DNA from: Aquificaceae bacterium
GTDB lineage: Bacteria > Aquificota > Aquificia > Aquificales > Aquificaceae
Assembly (NCBI GenBank): GCA_037924335.1
Contig: JAXSMZ010000006.1
Span: forward strand, 1-61,361
Direction: 5' to 3'
DNA: 61,361 nt
Below the pieces are notes generated by a model. The model was given only the letters and a program-made list of their open reading frames with translations, did not search any database and was not told the origin of the DNA. Positions 50,786 through 60,332 of the stretch are shown here, one piece after another; within the stretch, counting starts at the first letter, position 1; each line of letters begins with the position of its first letter. The position numbers and the translations under genes were made by a program.

Positions 50786-52009
50786 ATGAACGCCGTCGAG
50801 GTAAACATGTTTCTGATTATATGGCTTGCAATCGTGAGCATTTGCTATGCGGAGGAGAGGGTAAACCTAAAGCAGGCTATACAGATTATAAAGGAGAAGA
50901 ACTACGATGTAAAAATATCAAAACTTGAAATAAAAAAAGCAGAAGGGTCATTCATACAAGCTGGTCTTTTACAAAACCCAAACGTGTATTTAAATTACAC
51001 AGGTCTGGATTTTGGTAAAAATATCCTTTATGATACGAGCAATACACTACTTTCTATAGGTGTAAGTCAACCGATAGAGCTCGGTGGAAAGAGAAAATAC
51101 AGAAAACTTTCTGCAAAGTATGCGTTGGAATCAACAAAATACCAATGGAAGGACTCCACACGGTCAGTAATAAGAGACTTCGTGTCCTTGTACTTCCAAA
51201 GCTTGGCAGATAGAGCCTATGTAGACTACTTAGAACAAGATCTAAAGGATTTCGACCAAATGCTTTTAATTCAATCCAAAAGGCAGGAGCTAGGATTTTT
51301 GAGCCTTATTGACCTACTAAAGCTAAAGCTATACAAGGGAGAACTTGAGGACGCCATAAGAGTAGCAAGAGGAACATATCAAAAGGACTTGCAGGATATG
51401 TCCTTTTACTTGGGTGGTGTATATGAACCTGAGGAAGTTCAGGAGAATATGTCCGAGGCCAATATCAATGAGTTATTAGAACTTTCTCTTAAGAACCGAG
51501 AAAACATAAAAGCGATAGAAAAACAAATAGACTCTATAAACTATCAGATAAAACTTTTGAAAAGTTATACCATACCAGATATAACTGTAAATGTTGAATA
51601 CGATGCCTTTGGAGTTCAATACAAGCCTGGTTTGGGGTTCGGTTTTTCTATAAACCTTCCTGTGTTTGACAGAAGACAAGGTGACCTTCTTACCGCTGTA
51701 GCCACAAAAGAACAACTTAGGGTGTCCCTTGATAGGGCTATAGCATCGGTAAAGACAGAGGTATTAAAAGCCTATGAAGACTACGAGACAAATCTAAGGA
51801 TCTACAAGGCTATGCTTGAAAGGAAGAAGGTAATGGACGATATATTAGAAAGAACAAAAAAGGCTTATTCTATGGGTGGCATATCAACCTTAGATTTCTT
51901 AGATACCTTAAGAACATACCGCTCCTTTATGCAGTCCTTTATTCAAGCTAAATACAATACCTTAAAAAGTCTTCACTATTTACTAATCACATCAGGGAGT
52001 GAGCTATGA
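50786..52009 (+). CDS. TolC/CzcC-family outer-membrane efflux protein
   Basis: NP...SQPIELGGKR, LPVFDRRQG; alternative start at 50807. Confidence 0.9.
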   Translation: MNAVEVNMFLIIWLAIVSICYAEERVNLKQAIQIIKEKNYDVKISKLEIKKAEGSFIQAGLLQNPNVYLNYTGLDFGKNILYDTSNTLLSIGVSQPIELGGKRKYRKLSAKYALESTKYQWKDSTRSVIRDFVSLYFQSLADRAYVDYLEQDLKDFDQMLLIQSKRQELGFLSLIDLLKLKLYKGELEDAIRVARGTYQKDLQDMSFYLGGVYEPEEVQENMSEANINELLELSLKNRENIKAIEKQIDSINYQIKLLKSYTIPDITVNVEYDAFGVQYKPGLGFGFSINLPVFDRRQGDLLTAVATKEQLRVSLDRAIASVKTEVLKAYEDYETNLRIYKAMLERKKVMDDILERTKKAYSMGGISTLDFLDTLRTYRSFMQSFIQAKYNTLKSLHYLLITSGSEL

Positions 52010-53034
52010 AAAGGATAGTCCTATTGCTTTTAGCATTAGCACTTGTACAATCCTGTCATACTTCCCACGAAGAAAAGGAACAAAAGCAGGCCATTCAGAA
52101 CCCGAAAACGGTTGAGGTTAAATATGAGGAGATACCCTCTGTTATCGAGGCTACTGGTTCTGTGGAGCCAGACAAGGATGGCATAGTAAGAATAAGTCCT
52201 AGAGCTCAAGGTGTAATCCAAAGTATAAATGTAAATGTGGGAGATAGGGTAAGTGTAGGTGAAGTTTTGGCAGTTGTGAAGGCACCAGATATTACGGATA
52301 TATACGCACAAAAGGTATCCATAGCCGCTCAGATTGCCAATGCGGAAAAGTTATACAAACTCAAGCAAGAACTCTACAATATAGGAGCCATACCTAAGAG
52401 CGAAGTTATGGATGCAGAGACCAACTACAAGGTACTAAAAGCACAACTGCAGGGCTTGGAGGAGAAGTTAAGACTCTTGGGTGGTAAAGGTGGTATTTCA
52501 GAGGTTAGGTCTCCTGTAAGCGGGATAGTCTATCAGATAAAAGCCCATATAGGCGACAGTGTGGACACATCCACAGAGATTCTAAACATAGCAAGACCGT
52601 CAAGGGTTCTTGTATCTGCTTTAGTTCAGGATAAAGATGCCAGCAAAATAAAGGTAGGAGATAGTGTGGAGTTTTCCATAAGCACTTTTCCAGACAAGAA
52701 ATACACTGGTAAGGTTAAATATGTAAGCGATGTGGTAGACCCAGAAACAAGGACAGTAAAGGTTTACATAGTCCCCGACAATGTAGAAGACTTTAGGATA
52801 AACATGTTTTTTAACATAAGGATATACACGGGCAAGGCTAAATATGCAGTAATACCAGAGAGTGCAATCTTATACAAGGACGGAAGGTTTTATGTGTATG
52901 TTTTAGAAAATAACAAACCAATCTTAAAAGAAGTGAGTTTCATAAAGGAGCTCGAAGGTAAACGCGTTGCAGTTATCGGTTTAGAAGAAGGTCAAAAGGT
53001 GATTACCACTCCCATGCTTGAGGAAAAGCCATGA
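52006..53034 (+). CDS. RND periplasmic adaptor (CzcB/CusB-like), lipoprotein
   Basis: LVQSC lipobox, biotinyl-like motifs, VDPETRT. Confidence 0.9.
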   Translation: MKRIVLLLLALALVQSCHTSHEEKEQKQAIQNPKTVEVKYEEIPSVIEATGSVEPDKDGIVRISPRAQGVIQSINVNVGDRVSVGEVLAVVKAPDITDIYAQKVSIAAQIANAEKLYKLKQELYNIGAIPKSEVMDAETNYKVLKAQLQGLEEKLRLLGGKGGISEVRSPVSGIVYQIKAHIGDSVDTSTEILNIARPSRVLVSALVQDKDASKIKVGDSVEFSISTFPDKKYTGKVKYVSDVVDPETRTVKVYIVPDNVEDFRINMFFNIRIYTGKAKYAVIPESAILYKDGRFYVYVLENNKPILKEVSFIKELEGKRVAVIGLEEGQKVITTPMLEEKP

Positions 53035-56000
53035 AAAGGTGGATAAACTTTGTATTGGACAACTCTATTCTTTTCATACTTGCGAGCATAATGGTGGGAT
53101 TGGTTTCTCTTATATTTATAAAAAATCTCAATATAGAAGCCTTTCCAGACCCATCCCCACCCATAATAGAGATAGTTAGCATATATCCCGGGAGGTCTGC
53201 AGAGGAGGTAGAAAGACAGATAACCACACCTCTTGAGACTACCCTTGCAGGTATGAGAGGTTTAGAAAGGATCAATTCCATATCCCTATATGGCTTGTCT
53301 GATATAAAGTGTAAGTTTTCTTATAATGTAACCTACCGTGAAGCGAGACAGGAGGTTATAAACAGACTTTCAACTGTTAATCTTCCTGATGGAGTATCAC
53401 CGCAGATAATACCTAACCCGTTGGGTGAGGTAATGCGTTATGTGGTCGTTGGAGACAAGAACCTAATGGACCTTCGCACCTTACAGGATTGGGTTATAGC
53501 CAGATATCTAAAGACTGCAGAAGGTGTAGAAGACGTGGCAAGCTATGGCGGATTCATAAAGGCTTATATGGTGGAAATTCATCCAGAGGATTTGGTAAAG
53601 TACAAGATATCGCTTTCAGACATAGTTAACGCCCTCTCAAGGTCAAACGTAAACACAGGAGGTAGACCAATAGATTTCGGCTCTCAATATCTACTAATAC
53701 GCGGTGTAGGTCTTATAAAGAACTTAAAAGATATAGAAAATACGGTTGTAGCCTATAGAAAGAACACACCTATACTTATTAAGGATATAGCTACAGTTAA
53801 GCTAGGCAACATTCCTAGGACAGGGATAGTTGGTCTAAACAAACAGGATGACGTAGTTATGGGTGTTGTGATCCTGCGTAGAGATGCCCAAAGCATTCCC
53901 TCCATAAGGTCTATAAACCAAAAAATTCAGGATCTAAACTCCCATATACTACCAGAGGGTGTTAAGGTGGTGCCCTTCTACGAAAGGGGCAGACTTATTG
54001 ATACTGTTGTGCACAAGGTTAGTGAAATAGCGATAATAGGAATACTTCTGGTGGCTTTTTCCATACTTGTATTCATAGGAAACTTTTTAGTAGCCATAAT
54101 TTTAGCTTCTATTGTGCCTCTATCTTTGATCATTGCTCTTGGCGTTTTAGCCATATCTGGAAAATCCGCTAACTTCCTGTCAATAGCTGCCATAGACTTT
54201 GGTATAATAGCAGACATTCCCATTCTTTTTCTGGAAAACTATTTCAGGCTCCTAAAAGATGAAGAACCCAGCAGGAGAACTCTTATCCAATCTGCGCAAG
54301 AAGTAGGAAGACCGCTAATCCTTTCCATACTCCTTATCGCTATAGCCTTTATACCCGTCTTCCTTATGGAAGGCGCAGAGAAAAGGATCTTCTCACCCAT
54401 GGTAGAAACTTATCTTTATGCCATATCCGCATCGGTTATACTAACCTTCACTCTTTTGATAGCCCTTTTGGGTTTTATAAAAAAACCTTCGCACAAGGAC
54501 ACTCTTTTGGTGAGATTCTTTGAGAACTTGTACCTACGCTTTATTGATTTGATTGTATCTATTAAGGGTAAAACACTTTTTATTATACTTTCCATCATTA
54601 CAGTTATAACCTTGTTGTTAATTAAAAGTTTAGGCCTTGAGTTTATACCAAAGATGGATGAGGGAAATATTTACATGCGTATAATATTCCCATACTCCAT
54701 ATCATTAAAACAAACTTATGAAAATGCAAAAAGGGTAAGAGATGCTGTTTTAGAATTTCCTGAGGTAAAAACCGTGGAATTTCAGGTTGGTAGGCCAGAA
54801 GATGGAACAGACCCTACGGGTCCCTTTAATTCAGAATACTTCATTGACCTAAAACCCTATTCTGAGTGGAAATCCTTCAAAACAAAGGAGGAGCTCGAAG
54901 AGGCTCTGAGGAACAAAATAAAAAGTCTATTCCCAAAAGCGGATATAAATCTTTCCCAATATATAGAAGACAATCTCGAAGAGGTTACAACTGGTGTAAA
55001 GGGAGAGAATGCAGTAAAAATATTTGGTGATGACCTTGAAAAGCTGGACGAACTTGCAAGAGAGGTGGTAGAAAGACTTAAAAAAGTAAAAGGCATAGAA
55101 GATGTGGGTATTTTCAGAGAGATAGGACAACCAAACTTGGTGATAAGGGCTGATAGAAGTCGCCTGTCTGCCTATGGGCTTACAGTTCAAGACCTTATGG
55201 ATGTTATATCCACAAGTCTCGGAGATAAGGAAGCTACTCAGGTAATAGAGGGTGAAAAGAGATTTTCTCTCATTGTTTCTTTCCCAGATAAATACAGAGA
55301 GGACCCATCGAAGATAGCAAGCATACCCATTGTATTACCCGATGGTAGTTTCATACCGCTTTCTGCAGTGGCGGACATATCCTTTGGGACTGGAGCATCC
55401 TTTATATACAGAGAACAATACAAAAGATACATACCTATAAAGTTTAGCATTACATCAAAGGACATGGCAGGCACTGTTTTAAAAGCTCAGGATGCGGTAA
55501 AGGACATAAAATTGCCAGAAGGATACTACACGGATTGGGCTGGACAGTTCAAGAGCTTAGTAGAAGCCCTTAGGAGGTTTACTCTATCTGGAAGTCTTGC
55601 AATTCTGTCTCTCTTAGTCTTTCTTTATATTATTACAAAATCTGTTAGAAACACTCTCATAGCAGGTTCAGGATTACTTTTTGCACTCTTTGGTGGTTCA
55701 ATAAGCCTATTTATAACTGGTCATCCTATGAGCCTTTCTGCCATAGTAGGCTTTGTTTCCATACTTGGCATATCAATACTTAACATACTGCTCTTGATGA
55801 GAAGCTATGCTTACCATTATAGAAATGGAATGGAGAAGATAGATGCCATTAAAAAGTCTGCGGTGGAAAAGCTCAGGGCTGTATTGATGAGCACTTTCAC
55901 CGCATCTCTTGGGCTACTACCTACCGCACTTTCCAAAGGAGTAGGAAGCCAAATACAGAAGCCTCTTGCCATAGTTGTCGTGGGTGGTATGCTCATATCT

Positions 56001-56063
56001 GGAATGCTTATAGTTATCTTTATACCCCCACTTTTGAGGTATATGCGTGTGGAAGAGTCTTAG
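53031..56063 (+). CDS. CusA/CzcA-family RND permease
   Basis: IEAFPD, EVERQIT.PLE, AIDFGII.D, QKPLAIVVVGG. Confidence 0.92.
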   Translation: MKRWINFVLDNSILFILASIMVGLVSLIFIKNLNIEAFPDPSPPIIEIVSIYPGRSAEEVERQITTPLETTLAGMRGLERINSISLYGLSDIKCKFSYNVTYREARQEVINRLSTVNLPDGVSPQIIPNPLGEVMRYVVVGDKNLMDLRTLQDWVIARYLKTAEGVEDVASYGGFIKAYMVEIHPEDLVKYKISLSDIVNALSRSNVNTGGRPIDFGSQYLLIRGVGLIKNLKDIENTVVAYRKNTPILIKDIATVKLGNIPRTGIVGLNKQDDVVMGVVILRRDAQSIPSIRSINQKIQDLNSHILPEGVKVVPFYERGRLIDTVVHKVSEIAIIGILLVAFSILVFIGNFLVAIILASIVPLSLIIALGVLAISGKSANFLSIAAIDFGIIADIPILFLENYFRLLKDEEPSRRTLIQSAQEVGRPLILSILLIAIAFIPVFLMEGAEKRIFSPMVETYLYAISASVILTFTLLIALLGFIKKPSHKDTLLVRFFENLYLRFIDLIVSIKGKTLFIILSIITVITLLLIKSLGLEFIPKMDEGNIYMRIIFPYSISLKQTYENAKRVRDAVLEFPEVKTVEFQVGRPEDGTDPTGPFNSEYFIDLKPYSEWKSFKTKEELEEALRNKIKSLFPKADINLSQYIEDNLEEVTTGVKGENAVKIFGDDLEKLDELAREVVERLKKVKGIEDVGIFREIGQPNLVIRADRSRLSAYGLTVQDLMDVISTSLGDKEATQVIEGEKRFSLIVSFPDKYREDPSKIASIPIVLPDGSFIPLSAVADISFGTGASFIYREQYKRYIPIKFSITSKDMAGTVLKAQDAVKDIKLPEGYYTDWAGQFKSLVEALRRFTLSGSLAILSLLVFLYIITKSVRNTLIAGSGLLFALFGGSISLFITGHPMSLSAIVGFVSILGISILNILLLMRSYAYHYRNGMEKIDAIKKSAVEKLRAVLMSTFTASLGLLPTALSKGVGSQIQKPLAIVVVGGMLISGMLIVIFIPPLLRYMRVEES

Positions 56064-56283
56064 TCTTTTAACAAGTACCCTATTGGTCTTTACATTAACC
56101 TTTGAAGACGAATACATTCCAAAGAATATGTCCACAGACTTTAAGCTGAGTTATGGTCTTGACAAGTCTACAGAGATAAACTTTGGTGTAAGAACCTATG
56201 ACGACCTTGAGTATATGCTAAACAGGAGAAAAAATAATAACTACTTAGATAAGTTTGTAATATGGCTAACCATAAACTTTTAG
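56047..56283 (+). CDS. Small hypothetical exported protein ending in WLTINF
   Basis: Hydrophobic N-terminus; overlaps the RND stop; amphipathic beta-strand pattern. Confidence 0.5.
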   Translation: MWKSLSLLTSTLLVFTLTFEDEYIPKNMSTDFKLSYGLDKSTEINFGVRTYDDLEYMLNRRKNNNYLDKFVIWLTINF

Positions 56284-56305
56284 AACTTTATAAAAAATTT
56301 ATAGG
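56275..56305 (+). repeat. 31-bp promoter repeat, copy 2
   Basis: Identical to 50735-50765, with the same distance to the next ATG. Confidence 0.9.
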
Positions 56306-56325
56306 GGGCAACTACATTTGTATTT

Positions 56326-56766
56326 ATGGAGGCTGTTGAGGTAAATGCACCTTACCTCTTTGAAAGGTTAAAGGAGCTTGAGTTAAAAACATGGAAGGGC
56401 CTTAGCGAAATAAAGAGCATAGAGATCCTCAAGAATAAAAAGGCATACATATTCTATGAGAATAATGAAGAAGCTGGATATCTTATATTCCGCATGCGCA
56501 GAAAAGGAGAAGTTTACATAGAAGACCTTGTGGTAAGTAATCCAGAGTATTTTATAGGTGTGATGCTTAGAATTGTAAAACTCCTTTCTCCAAATACGCT
56601 CGTAGCCTTGGTAGAACCACATTTTGAATGGCTGTTTTCAGAAAATTTTAGAAAGATAATTAAAAGAGTAGGATACACAACAATAGTAAAAAGACAATTT
56701 TATATAAACGGAGACATAATGACTTATATAAGGCTTATCCATGAAGGTAATATTGGTAGAAGATGA
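56326..56766 (+). CDS. Hypothetical protein, weakly GNAT-like
   Basis: AGYLIF...VYIEDLVV strand pattern; no clear acetyl-CoA motif A. Confidence 0.5.
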   Translation: MEAVEVNAPYLFERLKELELKTWKGLSEIKSIEILKNKKAYIFYENNEEAGYLIFRMRRKGEVYIEDLVVSNPEYFIGVMLRIVKLLSPNTLVALVEPHFEWLFSENFRKIIKRVGYTTIVKRQFYINGDIMTYIRLIHEGNIGRR

Positions 56767-57412
56767 AATTGATATGGCTATATCAGTAAGTAAGTTCTTG
56801 GGTAAACTGGGCTGGCAAGTGTCAATAGCAAGAGGTATTTATGACGCCATACAGCTTATTGAAAATGAAGTTTTTGATGTCTGCCTTTTAGACTTGCTTT
56901 TAAGCGATGGTTATGGTGAAGAATTGTTGAAATATCTAAACGCCGAAAAAATACCAGTTATTATGCTTACGGTCATAGAGGATGTAGGACAAAAGGTAAG
57001 GTGTTTAAAATCGGGAGCGGACGATTACATCACAAAGCCTTTCAGCCCAGAAGAGCTCGTGGCAAGAATTGAGGCGGTATTAAGAAGATATAAGCAATCT
57101 GGAAACGATAATACACTAATTTACAAAGATATTCAGATAGACATTTTTAGCATGAGTGCAAGAATAAAAAATACCTATATTCAAATGCCAAGAAAACAGC
57201 TCATGCTACTTATAAAACTTGTAGAACATGCGGAAAAAGTTGTTACATATAACACATTAATGTCCTATTCATGGGGAGTTTATGAAGATGCATGCATGGA
57301 GTCCCTGAGAACCCATGTGTATAAATTAAGAAAATTGCTTAAATTTTATAATTATGATATAATAAGCTATCCTGGTATAGGCTATATGTTAAAATACATT
57401 GATGAACCTTAA
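56741..57412 (+). CDS. OmpR-family response regulator
   Basis: LVEDE, LLD, GADDYITKPF, GIGY winged helix. Confidence 0.93.
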   Translation: MKVILVEDEIDMAISVSKFLGKLGWQVSIARGIYDAIQLIENEVFDVCLLDLLLSDGYGEELLKYLNAEKIPVIMLTVIEDVGQKVRCLKSGADDYITKPFSPEELVARIEAVLRRYKQSGNDNTLIYKDIQIDIFSMSARIKNTYIQMPRKQLMLLIKLVEHAEKVVTYNTLMSYSWGVYEDACMESLRTHVYKLRKLLKFYNYDIISYPGIGYMLKYIDEP

Positions 57413-58529
57413 TCTTTACAGACTATACATAGTAGGCTTTTTCAAGTTCTTTATCCCAATAAGTGTATTCTTTACTCTTACATTTGTCAGCTTTAGAAGT
57501 TATCTTACAGAACTTGAATCAGAACATCTGCTAGGCGTTAGCAAACAGATGGTTTCTCTGCTTGAGGAGGATGAAAATATAAACGACAATCAGTATATAA
57601 CCAGTGATTATGTGATACTTCTTCTGGATAACCACAACAGAATAATAAGTTTGAATAGAAGCACTCCAGGATTAGACAAATTGTTAAGATATGTTGATGT
57701 TGAGAATAGGGTTCTAAATACGGACGACTACCTCATTTACGCGGAGAGATTTCGTTGTGGAACAAAATCGTGTAAATTAGTGGTTGCAATGCCAAAGGTG
57801 CGTATAAACAAAAAAATAAATTTACTTTTACTATCTTCACTCCTTTCCGCTTTTGTAGTTAGCGTGCTTATTACTGCCATGGCTGTTCTTGATGCCAGAA
57901 GGTATGTTCAAGAGCATAAAAGCTATGTTCAAAGATTGCGTGAAGTAGCAGTTTATCTATCTCATGAAATAAAGACGCCTCTGGGAGTGATTCTGACAAA
58001 CCTCTACAATATAAATATAGAAGAGGATATAAGAAAATCCATTGAACGTTCAATAAGGCGAATTATAAAGCTGATGAGAAATCTTAAGATACTATCCGAA
58101 ATGGATTTAGAAAGTGAAAACCAAATATACATAAACATTATGGTACTTATAAGGGATATAGTTGAATTCTATAAAGGTGGTCTATATAACAAAAATATAA
58201 TTCTAATGCTTGACGATATAAAAAATGTGGAAATCCTATCAGATTATGAGCTTATTTTTACTCTTTTTTTGAACCTCATAGATAATGCGGTAAAATACTC
58301 AGAAGATTGTTCAGAAGTTGTTATAAAAGGTGAAATAAAAGAAGGTAAAGTTGTGGTTAATATAACTAACAGTGTGGCTAAAATAGGATGGAAACAATAC
58401 AAGGAATCATCTTACGGCATAGGCTTAATGATAGTTGAAAGAATTGCGTCTATTCTAGGAGTAAATGTAATTATGAAAAGGGATGAAGACAAGTCCATAG
58501 CCACGGTAGAATTATGTTGTCCATATTAG
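57399..58529 (+). CDS. Sensor histidine kinase
   Basis: 2 TM helices, SHEIKTPL H-box, NLIDNAVKYS N-box, GIGL G2 box; G1 box degenerate. Confidence 0.88.
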   Translation: MMNLNLYRLYIVGFFKFFIPISVFFTLTFVSFRSYLTELESEHLLGVSKQMVSLLEEDENINDNQYITSDYVILLLDNHNRIISLNRSTPGLDKLLRYVDVENRVLNTDDYLIYAERFRCGTKSCKLVVAMPKVRINKKINLLLLSSLLSAFVVSVLITAMAVLDARRYVQEHKSYVQRLREVAVYLSHEIKTPLGVILTNLYNINIEEDIRKSIERSIRRIIKLMRNLKILSEMDLESENQIYINIMVLIRDIVEFYKGGLYNKNIILMLDDIKNVEILSDYELIFTLFLNLIDNAVKYSEDCSEVVIKGEIKEGKVVVNITNSVAKIGWKQYKESSYGIGLMIVERIASILGVNVIMKRDEDKSIATVELCCPY

Positions 58530-59581
58530 TTTACATTTTAATTGAGTTTTTTGACACCATATATGCCTCGTATATCGTCTATTTAAAAATGCCAGCAGAA
58601 AGCTATACAATATTTAAAGCAAACGAATACGGATATATTTTTACCTTGGCAAATCTGCTAGGGCTTGTAGTTCTTTGGCTAAGTTTTTATAAGAAACTTC
58701 TCATATCCTATAGAACATACATTATTATGCTTGTATTGCTATCTTCAATGCTTGTTTTTATAAATAAAGGAATTTATTCAATTATAATCATGTTTTGCTT
58801 CGTTGTTTTTCATACAATCTTTACATTTTACTACGAAATAATGGCTTTAAAATTTGAGAAGTTTGAAACAGTAATAGGGCTTTCTTACTCTGCTGGCTTT
58901 ATTGCTCTTGGTTTGTTGTTATTGTTTTCTGAATTAAACTTGCTGTTGGTAGCATTCATCTATTCCTTTTTCCTTATACTTGTTATGAAACTTATAAAAA
59001 TAGATAGAGATATAAAAATCAAGCCCTTAATAATAAAAGAGCTGTTTGATCCCAAATTCTTGGCAGAAGTCTTGGTTATGTATTTACTTGGAGAGTATGT
59101 GGAGGTTCTAACATCTATGGGGTATTATATACTTAGGGACATATCATATAATAGTGCTGAAGTTGAAAAGGCTATTGGAATAGCCCTAATAAGTGCTTTT
59201 GGCATCGCATTGCTCTCAGGATATCTGTTAGACCTTTTGAGTCTGAGGCTTTACGGTCTACTTACAACACTGATTTTGTTTTCTATTCCTTTGCTATTGT
59301 TCGTACAAGCTATAGTGGAGATAATTGCAGTTTTTGTGGGTGTATCTATAGCTTTCTACTGGGTATACTTTAGAACATACCTATACCATAGGTATCTTAA
59401 AGAAGAATATGTCTATAGGTTTCTTTTGTTCTACCTATCCTCCAACTTGGGTGGGGTTCTGCTATATGCGCTCCTTTTTGAAGTTTTTAAGGAACATAAG
59501 ATAAGCCTTTTTATACTCTCGCTTTTTTTAGTGCCAGTACTTCTGATCCAACTGAAACAAAAAGGGCAGAAGGTAAGTTAA
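58514..59581 (+). CDS. MFS-like membrane transporter
   Basis: About 11-12 TM helices in two halves. Confidence 0.55.
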   Translation: MLSILVYILIEFFDTIYASYIVYLKMPAESYTIFKANEYGYIFTLANLLGLVVLWLSFYKKLLISYRTYIIMLVLLSSMLVFINKGIYSIIIMFCFVVFHTIFTFYYEIMALKFEKFETVIGLSYSAGFIALGLLLLFSELNLLLVAFIYSFFLILVMKLIKIDRDIKIKPLIIKELFDPKFLAEVLVMYLLGEYVEVLTSMGYYILRDISYNSAEVEKAIGIALISAFGIALLSGYLLDLLSLRLYGLLTTLILFSIPLLLFVQAIVEIIAVFVGVSIAFYWVYFRTYLYHRYLKEEYVYRFLLFYLSSNLGGVLLYALLFEVFKEHKISLFILSLFLVPVLLIQLKQKGQKVS

Positions 59582-59603
59582 CATAATTGCTATTATGTTA
59601 ACA
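59576..59603. other. dif-like Xer recombination site (11-6-11)
   Basis: AGTTAACATAA-TTGCTA-TTATGTTAACA; perfect 10-bp inverted arms; the right arm shares TTATGTTAA with the E. coli dif XerD arm. Confidence 0.8.
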
Positions 59604-59635
59604 ATCGTAAGCCCTTATCCTATTCCTGACACATG

Positions 59636-59664
59636 TTGACATTTGACATCAAAAGATATAAAAT
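59636..59664 (+). promoter_or_regulatory. Sigma70 promoter of the coiled-coil gene
   Basis: TTGACA, 17 nt, TAAAAT; AGGAGG SD before ATG 59693. Confidence 0.65.
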
Positions 59665-59692
59665 ACTGTCATATAAATGAAAGGAGGGCATC

Positions 59693-60325
59693 ATGAAAGA
59701 TGGCAAGGACGTTGTCAAAATAAAAGCGTCAGAATATGCACTTTTAACAGACCTTTCGCTGAACACGGTAAAGAACCGTATAAGGGCTGGTGTTTTGAGG
59801 GGTGGTAAGGAAGAAGACGGCATATGGTATGTTTACCTCACGCAGGAAGAATTAGAGCACATAAGGGGCTTCAAAGAAGCCCAGGAGGAAAAGAACAAAA
59901 GCCTTCAGTCTAACATTGAGGGGCTAAAGTCAAGCCTTGAAGGAAGTCTTATAGCCACCTATATGTCCGCCCTCATGCAAAAGGAGCAACAAAAGGAACA
60001 GCTCCTTCATGAGCTATCAAGCCTTTATACGCTCCTTGCCATAAGGGAGAAGGAGATGGAGTTTCTCACAAAGGAACTGGGAAGTGTCAAAGAAAGATCT
60101 ATGGAAAAGGAAGCTGATAACCAAAAGTTAAAGGAGATAATCCAAGAGAAGGACAACGCGATGAAAAGACTTCAAGAGGAACTTAGGGAAAAGGATCATC
60201 TTCTCAACCAGAAAGAGTTGGAGCTTCAAAGGATTATGTTGGATAAGGACAGAGAAATACTAAACAAAGAGATGGAGCTGTCTACTCTTCGCATGGAACT
60301 GGAGAAGAAGAGGAAGAAGGAATAA
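59693..60325 (+). CDS. Winged-HTH (excisionase/MerR-like) plus long coiled-coil protein
   Basis: ASEYALLTDLSLNTVKNRIRAGVL...GIWYV followed by about 150 aa of heptad-rich E/K/L sequence and a basic tail. Confidence 0.75.
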   Translation: MKDGKDVVKIKASEYALLTDLSLNTVKNRIRAGVLRGGKEEDGIWYVYLTQEELEHIRGFKEAQEEKNKSLQSNIEGLKSSLEGSLIATYMSALMQKEQQKEQLLHELSSLYTLLAIREKEMEFLTKELGSVKERSMEKEADNQKLKEIIQEKDNAMKRLQEELREKDHLLNQKELELQRIMLDKDREILNKEMELSTLRMELEKKRKKE

Positions 60326-60332
60326 AATTATT

